DNA of 64,000 nucleotides from Raillietiella orientalis (Eukaryota), in NCBI GenBank assembly GCA_036172245.1, contig JAYWIR010000041.1:992001-1056000 (forward strand), read 5' to 3'. The position numbers were made by a program, and so were the translations under genes. Positions within the stretch are counted from its first letter, which is position 1; each line of letters opens with the position of its first letter. Below the pieces are notes generated by a model. That model was not told the DNA's origin. It saw only the letters and a program-made list of their open reading frames with translations, and made no database searches. Below are positions 51,991 through 61,559 of the stretch, one piece after another.

Positions 51991-52545
51991 CTGTCCCTAG
52001 AAGACCACTAGAGATTGCTGATCACAGGATGCTCAGATCAAAAACACACTTCGAACGAGGGCTGAAAGATGCTCAGTGACTTACGAAAACCGGAAAAGGT
52101 TCACCGCGACGTTCTCGGGTTTGTAGCCTTTGTTATTGACGCGGGGAAACGCAGCATCCTTCCTCATTCATTCTAATCCCCTCAGGCACGTTTGGTAAGC
52201 TTCCAGGGTCGCCACTGTTTATCAGTAAACGCGGTAATCACTTTGCTGGTCTCGTGCTAGATCGGCGACTTCACTGTGAACCATAAATTGCAATCAAATT
52301 CGTCCAGGTGTGTGTGTTTTTTGGTTTTTATCTGGTATCATCATTATCTGTTTGTAACTTCCCTATGTGCAAGTAAACTGCTGCCTATGTCTTTTCTTTT
52401 TCAATGAAAAGCATTTATGACAATAACCTTCAGTTGCGGTTGCTCTTATTAAAAGTCTATGGACGCAAGTGACCTGCCTGTCGGGTTCGGAATCCGAGAT
52501 AACTTTGGTTTGAGACCCTGAAAAAAATAAGCCCTTTCTGCTATC

Positions 52546-52574
52546 GTGTGTGTGTGTGTGTTTTTTTTTTTTTT
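52546..52574. repeat. (GT)n followed by a poly-T run
   Basis: Directly visible. Confidence 0.9.
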
Positions 52575-53049
52575 CATTTAATTTTATGTCATCCTTCCTT
52601 TGCAATTAAGCACTCCGCACTGCGTGGAAATAAATAAGTTTGTCGCAAAACTCATTCGCCGCATTCGGGGAGATTCCAAGTTCAAAAAATCCGGCAGCAG
52701 CACAAGGAGCCAGGAGCACTACGTCAAAGTGTCAGTTCTTATCGTGAGTCACCTCCATGAGAAACGAAAGAACCAAAATGAAAAATCTGGAATCTCATTG
52801 CAACCGATCGGGAAGAAGTTGAGGAACCGCGCGCGCATGAGAAGCTCCGGAGAGGGAAGCCCTGCAAAGATGGCGATCCTGCCTCCCATGCGCACACGCA
52901 GGAGCAGATTCGAGTCACTAGAGGGCAAATCGAGTGTGTGAAGATTGGAGTGTTGAATGTTGATCCCCCGTTTTTATAATTTTTCCACTTGGAAACTCAG
53001 CATCCCGAGGGAACCATTCTTTCTCCTTTTTCCCTTTCTATTCTGGCTT

Positions 53050-53850
53050 TGTTATCGTTTCGAGTGTTTCGCTCTTCTAGGCACACCCGACGCTCCGTCC
53101 CTTGTTATAGGAGTGGGGGACTGCATGCGTTGCTCCCATCTTTAAGCACTCGAATTTTACCTTTGAACCAAGCAGAAGGAGTGAGAGAGCATCGGAAGAC
53201 GCAAACTGAATGTTGCTTGCATATTTCCGTATTATATATCATTTCCGCCATGGCAAATCCTTGTGGTAAACAGCGCGAGTGACCTCGGTGAAATACCACT
53301 TCGATTAGGGTTCAGGAGTCATTCGATCTGACTTCCGCCTCCATTTGTTGCTGCTTCTCTCCTCTCTGGTGGCCTAAGTGGCGAGCACGCAGAAGACATT
53401 GCAAAATAACCAGCAAAAATAATTTTCCGTGCAGTGTGGGTCGCTCGGCAGACAGCAAATCGATCCGCCGCTCGCAGCTTCCACTCGTGGAACGTCCCAC
53501 GGAGTCCCTGGTTTCGAGGAGCGAACACCCATCTCTCCTCCCCTCTGCAGAACCTGAAGATTCCGTCGGCTTCAATCCAACAGCCACGACCGCAGCAGAT
53601 AGCTGGATCTTTGACGTTTCGGGATCGTGGCGCAGGGTCGGGCAGGAGTCGTTACGGGTGCGGTGAATTTGGTTTGAGCGCGCCCACAGCTGACGATAAG
53701 TTCGAACGGAGAGGAGCAGGCGGAATCATCTTCCAGGAAGCGAAGTGAAAGACACGGGAAGATGGAGCGATAGAAGTCGAAAGAAATAACAGAGCCGCAT
53801 ACGGACCTCTCTCCATCTCGAGCATTTCAAAGTGGCGGCGAGAATCCCTG
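53050..53850 (+). pseudogene. Possible kinase C-lobe plus Death-fold remnant
   Basis: LSGGLSGE (cf. LSGG.HPFG); ERPTESLV..EHPSL (subdomain XI-like); then DVSGSWRRVG (cf. Death domain G..WRRLG) and IIFQE..*K. Confidence 0.3.
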
Positions 53851-53949
53851 AAGGATTCCCGAAATGAGTTGAGCCAACGAACCCATCGGGTTAACCAAAG
53901 CATTGTGACTGATTGACTCGTCGCTGCTAATTTGACTTAATGATCGAAC

Positions 53950-54800
53950 TCTTGATTACGTGCATGAAGGATATTGAGTTTCAGCTCCTGCAAGCGGTTT
54001 AATGCTCCAGTGGGAAGAAATGCTCCCTTGGATTTCCGAATTCGGATCCGTAATGCGATCGTATTCGTTGCTTTAATCACCACGTCGTACTGCCAGGTGC
54101 ATGGCAGAGGGAAACGATTCGTTGCAAATGTATCACTTTTTCATATGTCGTGCAGAAATCGGTGCTGCAATTGATGCCGCGATGCTCCTTCTCTTTCGGA
54201 ACTTCCTGGAGCGGGATTGTCCTTCTGAAGTAGATAAACAGCGCGATAATGCCAGCATCACATCTTTTGGGCAGAGGATTGTTTTTCAGTTCACGTCTCG
54301 ATAAGGCTCACTTTTGATCAGAGATGCAGATTGCTATTTCGATTCCTTCCTCCTTGATGGATATCGAAAAATTCGAAAAATATTTATCTTTGGAAGTTGC
54401 TTTCTTTGTGTGCCCGTGCGTATGCGTGAAAATGAAGCTGCCCTAACTGGTCGGGAAAAAAAAAAAATCCCACGAGTTTAGCACGGTAAGAAAAGAAAAC
54501 ACTGGATGAGCGGAGTCAAACTTTCAGGGATAAGAGGGAATGAAGCGAAGTTGGTTCCTCCAGCGGACTGCCGACAGTCACTTTCTCACTCCATTGTGAA
54601 ACTGTGTTCACAAATAGTTGAAGCCAATTATCCTGAGAACAGTCAGCCTCAACTAATAATGGGAGAGGTAAAAGGTCCCTGGAAGTGAATTCGCAAGTAG
54701 TATGCAAGCAGGACTCCATGGGAGCGATTTCTCGCCCATCCCTCGGGCTTCCCACTACGAGTTTTGGAAAGGACATTTCCAAAAACCTGACTATCAGATG
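53950..54800 (-). pseudogene. NACHT-domain remnant
   Basis: LVVGSPRDGR (cf. LV.G.PG.GK) in ORF 54516..54803; SVSFLTVLN (Walker B-like); SFIFTHT (sensor-like). Confidence 0.35.
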
Positions 54801-55699
54801 CATTTAGAAATGAGAGACACGGAATAGAAATGAGTGTGTGACGAGTCACGCCTCGTAGGTCAAAGATGCTTCTATTATTACTTTCAGTGAGGCTGTGGGA
54901 TGAGAGATGATCACGATAATCACAATGTTTGTTTTCATCTTTTCGCTTCTCCGGCCTTTCTGATGTCATCTTCCACTGCTGAAAGCCTCGCCACCCGACT
55001 TACGCGATGCTTTCCGGTAAATTCCAAGATCCTTTGTATTTTTCCAAGCAGCGTCTCATCTTTCGTTTATTGAAGAAAGTTCTTTGAAAACTTCCAGATA
55101 GTTTGAACACCGCTGCTAAAACGAACAGATGAGAGATCGGTTCGATCCGGGAGAGGGAGATCATAAGCAACACTCAACTCAACAGAGCAGATCTGGAAGG
55201 CAGCAACACCGCCTGTGGAAGCAGATAATTCTACTCGCCGTTGGGTGTGAATTAGAGTTTTCAATCATTTTAGCTTCTAATTAGATGATCGGAATGGGGA
55301 TCGAAATTTCCGAATGGCCTTAAGAGACCTTACGCGCATTAGGAAGAGGAAATGGATTCTTGCCATACTCTTCACAGCAGTGCTGGTTCGCGGTATTGCT
55401 CTCAGCAGCTTCCTAGACACTCCTGACAGTAGCTACAGCTCAAACGGGATAAGAGAAGGGAAGAATGAAAAGTAGGAAATCGAAAAGATGAGGCAATAGG
55501 AAATGAGTAGAACTGAAGAAACTTGAGATTCTGTTCTTGTAAATATGGCAGTGAAAGAACGAACCGACTTGCCTACCAGACAGTCACATTTGCATTTGTT
55601 TCTCTTTGCTTTTTATTAGGTGGGGTCACGAGGAGATTTTCCAGACCCGGAGTCAGAGAAAGAAGCCTTCTGCCTGGAACAAGTTGATACTCTGAGAAG

Positions 55700-56050
55700 T
55701 GCAACACAATACTCAATGAATGGTGAAGCCCCTCTACGGGCAAAGGCCTCGCTTTGCTGCATTTTCTCAACGAGATTTGGATTCTAATCACAAGAGGAAT
55801 AATGCCTTCTCGTACAACTGGTTAAAACTTCTGCGTGCTGCTTGCAAGAAAGGGCTTTTTTTTTTTTTTTCCGATGATTGCTCCAGAGATCGTTTTCACA
55901 GAAGAAGGAGAATGCCTTGTCCTCGGGAACAGTGGGAGGCCTGTTTCCGAAGACATTTCGAAAATGGGCTGTCACCGGCAATAATTAGCCAGTCTCCAGC
56001 AGAGCAGACGAACCACTGATCTGTTCATCTTGTGTGTTTCTATTTGAACA
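55700..56050 (+). pseudogene. NACHT/P-loop N-terminal remnant
   Basis: NGEA/PSTGK...IW (Walker A plus downstream W) and DLFIL (Walker B-like). Confidence 0.3.
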
Positions 56051-56319
56051 CTTCCGTGGTACTTGAAAAATTGTCTTCTAAAACTTGGAGCTGATATGGT
56101 AAAGATGCTCCGGCCAGATCATGGGGAAAATAACTAGATGACGGACTCATCTGATTTCATTTCCCTGAGCTTTGGATGACGACAAGCAAATCCTACCCAC
56201 CTACCTAACAACAAGAAATCCATCCATCATGTAACAGCAGGAAGAAGATGATCCACACAGCCATCCAACACTCAAGTTCACAGGAAGCTCCAAGAGCAGC
56301 TCCCATTGCATGGCAGCCA

Positions 56320-57100
56320 TGCCTGGGGACTTCACCGCCGTCCAACGTACGAGGAATAGGAACACCCCTCAGACCAACGCGTGGTGCAGCTCAGAGGAGC
56401 ACGGGAATTCCCGGTGACGGAGCATCCGCACCAAAGGAGCACCACGACCTGCGTGGAGCAGCATCCACGCACTTCCTGCACGCCAAAGAGCACACGACAC
56501 TCGCTGTCCTTCCGCCTTCACCTGCACCACCAACTACCGGAAATGAGCCCTATTACGGCACCTCCGGCCAGCCTACTCCAGGCGACGACTCCAGAAGGTC
56601 AAAGCCAGACTTGGTGCGTCAGGGAGAAGGCGCGATGGTCACCTGAAACACGGCGTGTCCCTACAAACACTCCTCCACAGCATTGGAAGGCGGAAATAGG
56701 GATGCAAATACTGTGGGTTGGGGTCCTCCACTCTGCTTCCAAAAGAGTAGAGGGCATCGTCGTGAGACGACGACGGCGTTCTCGGGACGCTATGGGTCCC
56801 GAAGAAGGTAGCTGGAGACCTTTGGAAGGAGATGACCTACATGACCATCTAACTCTCAAGAGGCATTCGCCAGAAGCTCAGGGAAGGGGCTCATCTCCCG
56901 AGACGGATCAGATCCTGCCAGTCGTCGTCATCAGAAGAGCAGAGCACAGGCATCCTGAAGATTCGCCGCCGGAACAACTATGCTGCGGAAAGGCGGAAAT
57001 CCTTTCCGCCGCTTGCTTGTACGACCACCAGGCCCGGGGCCGGTGCAGGGAGAACTGGAGAAAAGCAGGCAAGACGAGCGACTCGTTCCCGAGCTGCATT
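56320..57100 (+). mobile_element. L1/Tx1-like endonuclease remnant
   Basis: SNVRGIGTPLR (cf. EN start NVRGL) and HDHLTL (cf. SDH..L); GC-rich. Confidence 0.5.
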
Positions 57101-57249
57101 TTTGGTGGGCGGCAGGCAGGCAGGTTGCTCCATCCATCCACTCACCTGGCAGGCGAGATGCAGTTTCTCTGCTTTCCCGATTTTCATTTTGGGAAAGAGA
57201 TGGACGAGCTCGAAAGTGGTGAACAGAAATCTTAACTTTCCTCCGCCTC

Positions 57250-57720
57250 GCGTACTCGAGAATGAAAATTCCGACAGGTTCGTCGCGAAGACCAAGCAGG
57301 AGCGTTTCTGTTCACGGAAGGGGAGAAGGAGAGCTGTAAAGGAAGAAGGCACCCTCCTGCAAAGGAAACGCTTCCTATCCCTTAGGAGTTCTTGACGAAA
57401 AAGAGTTCTTCACATGCAGGTCGGTGAAGATGCTCCCGTACCAGGAAACTGAAATCGGAAAGGAGCGCATGGAAAAGTACTGGGTACGAGAGATGGATCT
57501 TCACGTGGATCCTCCGACGGAGGGCACTATGTGCCGGTGCTGTCCACAAGACTCGTGCATAGTCGCAGGCGTCCATCCTGAAATCGTGCGTGCGAGAGGG
57601 TGCATCCACATGAGCACAGGGCTGCACGCTCGCAAAACGTTCATGCGTGCGCTGCGCGTCTGCATCCTTTATTGCGTCTGTTCTGGACCGGCTGCTCATT
57701 CCCCACTGAATTACGGTTAT
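57250..57720 (-). mobile_element. Gypsy/Ty3 reverse transcriptase N-terminal remnant
   Basis: VLRACSPVLMW.HPL (cf. VI.PS.SPW.SP); DGRLRLC and CDYARVL (cf. DG..RLCVDYR.LN); PPSED; QYFSM (cf. YFS.LD); TPKG...RRVP (cf. TP.G.Y....MPFG). Confidence 0.6.
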
Positions 57721-59442
57721 CGAGCTTCTATCTGAGCCGAATGATCCTTGCAAATTTCGAAGACTTCAACCAGTCACTGAAAGAGGCACTCTTCCTGTGT
57801 CTGATTCTCATGCCACATGCACGCTTATTTATTTTTTTTCTTCTTCTCCTTCGTTCTTTGCAATAAAAACGATGGATCCCAAATGAAAGTAGCTTGTGCA
57901 TTTTTTTTTTTTTTTGGTTCAGCTTTTCTTATGCAATCTTTTCGAGGGAAAAAACAAAACTGAGAACTTAGCGACCAAAGTGGCTTCTAGGACTCGTAAA
58001 TGCTTATCAAAGCAGATGAGGCATCAGAAAACTAATGGAAGTCGATGCATCTGTATCTCATGCAAGAAATTGCAATCTGCTACTTTGCTTTGGTTTCGGG
58101 AATTTTTTTTCCAGAACGGATAAAAGATTTCAAGCGGAACCTTAATTTCGAGTCACTAGATGGCATCGCTTTTCATCTGGTGGTAACGTGAAGACTAAAG
58201 GAACTTTCAGAACAGTTCCTGGTGTTACAGTTTAGCAGATTTTTTTTTTTCTCTCTCTCTCTCCTCTTCCTCGAAGTGTGAAAAAAAGCTTCGATTTTTC
58301 GAAGATGTAGGTGAAATGGAATGGGACTGGAATTCAAAAGCTTTTACAGTATCATGGTCTCTTGCAGGTGTCAAAAGCCTGTAGAAATGTGTCCGCCATC
58401 GTAAATTGGATGTCTCCGCGCCATGCGAAAGAGAGAATTAAAAAGTGCCGATTTCGAATTAGCTAAAGAATGTGCGTTCAATTCGTAATGGGCAAAAGCA
58501 CGGGGAATTTCCTGGTTTTTGCTGTGAAAATCCCGTATTTGACAAATCTTCACTGTTAATTGATAAGGAAGGAGCGAAGACCTTAAAATGCAGCATCATC
58601 TTTTGAAAGGAATGAACAGATGAACTATCACATAATTGCAGTGCATCAGAAAATCCTTGTAATTAAATATCTACGTTCCTCCAGGCGGTACGATTCTGGT
58701 TCGCGGCAGATGTCGCATTAAGAAACCCCATCATTACGACTGTGACATCAGTGAACTATCGACTAAGCTGAATCATTTCAACCGAAACGCTGACAGGTGC
58801 TTTCCTTTAAACCATCTGCAGAATCCGAAGAATCACGGAGGAGAGAAAAGCGAGATAAATCAACAGAGCGATTTCAGTTTACAAGGGCCGACGCTTTCAT
58901 GCCCTGCAAAAAGAAACCTCGCGCACCTCTGCAGAATAAACTCGTAAAGAAAGCAAAGTATTGGAATGAAAGAGAAAGTCTTTTCCGAGCCATCTCAGGA
59001 TCAAACAGGCATCCTCTCCATCTTCCTGCAATAGAAGGAAATGAATTTTCGTATCGCTAACTCCAGGATTCGTAGAGGACCGTAGGAAACACCCATTTTG
59101 TTCCGTTCCTCAGCAAGTCGTGGTGGCTCTTGATGTGTATTTTGTACGACGGACACTTCGTCGCAGTTCCAACAAATAAACAAACCCTTCCAAAAGGCTG
59201 GTGATTCATTAACTACGTGTTGAGTTCCAATTCTTGGAATAGCAACTTAGATGAAGCAGGAGGTAATTGACGACCGTCTGATGGCAGAAGACGTGGGATT
59301 TCCGTGACTACCACGAAAAGCGGTGGCAAATTCTATTTCAGAAACCATTTCTGGAAAGGCAGACGGATGCCAGCATCCCTCCTGGAGATTACGATTATTT
59401 TGTTCAACCACAACTGAAGCCGTCGCTGCTTTACGTTTTGGA

Positions 59443-59520
59443 GCGCTGCTCCTTCAGGGAGCAGCGCACCTCCTTGAAGGTGCAAATCTGCACTTCCTCG
59501 AAGGAGGTGCAGATTTGCAC
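59443..59520. repeat. Cluster of adjacent inverted repeats (hairpins)
   Basis: gcgctgctcc-ttcag-ggagcagcgc (59443-59467), and gtgcaaatctgcacttcct-cga-aggaggtgcagatttgcac (59480-59520; 19-bp stem, 1 mismatch). Confidence 0.85.
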
Positions 59521-60339
59521 ATCATTGCATGAGCAATTGAGACAGCCAAGTGAGTTTGTGCTCTTGGACTTCGAACAACTTCATGATTTTTTTTTTTTAT
59601 TTAAGTCGATGAGCGGTTGGAATGCATCCCAGGAATCGAACTCTTTGTCGAGAGCTCACTTCTTCATCCTCTAGCAAAGATCCATTCCTTCGGCGCCGAG
59701 ATCTGAGTTGTGAGAAGTTGCAGGGACCGTTGCTTTTTTTTTAATTGAAATCCGATGGAAAATTCACATCCTCCTCCCGAAAGAAAATTCTTGTCCAGCC
59801 CATGCCGCATCGGAAACCAGCTGGCTGCTTTCGCAGACCAGCAAAGTCGAGGAATCCCACACGCCAAAGCAAGTTGCGTCGAGCGAAAATCAGGACCTCG
59901 CTTAGCCCAAGACACGCTGTGATCTTGCATCTCCTCCTGAAAGAAGCTTCCCAAAGATGAAGAGGTCCGCAGAGTTGACGCAAGCTAAGCATCCGATGCG
60001 ATCTAAGTAACACGGAGCAGGGGAAACCAACGAGAGTGAGATCGAAACTTCCAAGAGCTCCCATGTCCTAAGGAAAGCAATTCATCTGGAATCTTCTCCG
60101 ATGCGGGTTACAGAGGAAGGTTGGACAGCAGAGAAGCAAGTCATCGTGAGCTATAGAGTGAATTCTTCATCCATTCTCTCCCCAGTGCATCGAACGGAAC
60201 CCACGACGCAGACTTCACACTTTTCGGTTCCATCTTGACTGAAAGACCTGATGGTGCCGCGCCGTAATGCAGGCTTGGACATCCTGATTCATCCACTAAG
60301 TCGGACTGCAAGTTCAGTTTCCTCTATGAAGACTCTGCG

Positions 60340-61520
60340 GAAAATTATGGACTTCATGGTGTGCTCCGGCACGCCTTATCCGTCGGCGATGCGCTGGAAT
60401 CGAAGGACGTCTCTCGCTGCTGCATAGGATGACTGGATTCCGCTACCCCCTGAGACATTTATCCTCACTTCTAGGAGCTCTCCCAGGAATCTCCTGACGG
60501 TCAACAAACTGGAATGCCTGGCGATACTGGAGTCCTGGGTTGCCAGTTTGGAAGTGCTCCCAGAGAAACTGAGACCTCTGCGTAAACTCCCATGCAAACC
60601 TCGGGAGATCTTCTGCAGGATTGGACGCAATGATCCCGGATAGCCAGTCACACCTCTTGCCACATCACCGTCTGCCCTTAAGGCAAGCGATGACAGCAGC
60701 TAGCCGGCGGGCTGAGAGTTCCACGAAATCGCAGGAGTGGCGAAAAACTCCTCGACAGCTGCAAGACGAGCGGGTTGGCTGGTAGACGCGCCACTCCTCG
60801 TTTCCAGGCGAAGGGACTTCTTAGGTGGAGAGACCTGCTTGATGTGCCCCTCTGAAGAGAATTCGCATCCCCTTCCCTGCGTGTGGACACCTTTGTCTTC
60901 CCTCTCCGTCGGAAACGTCGCTTCCCGTTCTGCTGCTTCTGTTCTGGTGGGATTCCGGCGCAACCAGCGCAGGCAGCACCTGCTTTCCGGGGGAGCTGCC
61001 TTCCCAAACTGTTCCAGGTGGCGGAAACCGTTTCCGGTGCAACTGCAGGAGCCCCTTGCTTCGTACTTCTGCGACGACGCATCTTCACGGAAGGCTTGCG
61101 CCGATCGGTTGCCTCCGCACCATAGTGACAGCCTGCCACGTGTTGGAATCTCGTTCGCAGCGAAGGGAGGCTGCCAGCATGACAGCTGCCTTCGTGAGGA
61201 CGGCTGCAAGGTGGCCTCATCTGCCAGAAAAAATCACCAGTGAGACCGCCACCAGCCACAGCCGCTTTTAGGAACGAGGGAACGTTTAAAACCAAAAACC
61301 TCTGTTCCTACGCTCCCATCTTTTTTTCTTTCTTTGTTGTCCCCTCCTTCCGTTGCCTACTTTTTTTTAGAAGCCGGCCTGCGCGCTGGTGGTCACCCCT
61401 AATGAACTTTGTTTTTTCTGGTATCTCTTGCATTTAGAAGACGCTGTTCCTTCCTGATTTGTGGGGGGGGAGAGGGTTCTTATAAATAAACGTCCCCGGC
61501 ATCACCGGGTACAAACCCGA
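60340..61520 (+). mobile_element. L1/Tx1-like LINE, family X copy D
   Basis: LAAA*DD (YADD); IGCLRTIVTAC...AFVRTAARWPHL (cf. copy B LCCLRGIVAAW...FLRVAAR*SH); gccggcctgcg at 61373; aataaacgtccccggcatcaccgggt at 61485-61510. Confidence 0.75.
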
Positions 61521-61559
61521 TCCGATCTTCGAGCACAACTTCAACAGGAGTCGGTGCCA

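Noticed and set aside
59640..60270. Additional NACHT remnant (F.FHL-like motif near 60225)
   Set aside because: Walker motifs are not recognisable, so support is insufficient.
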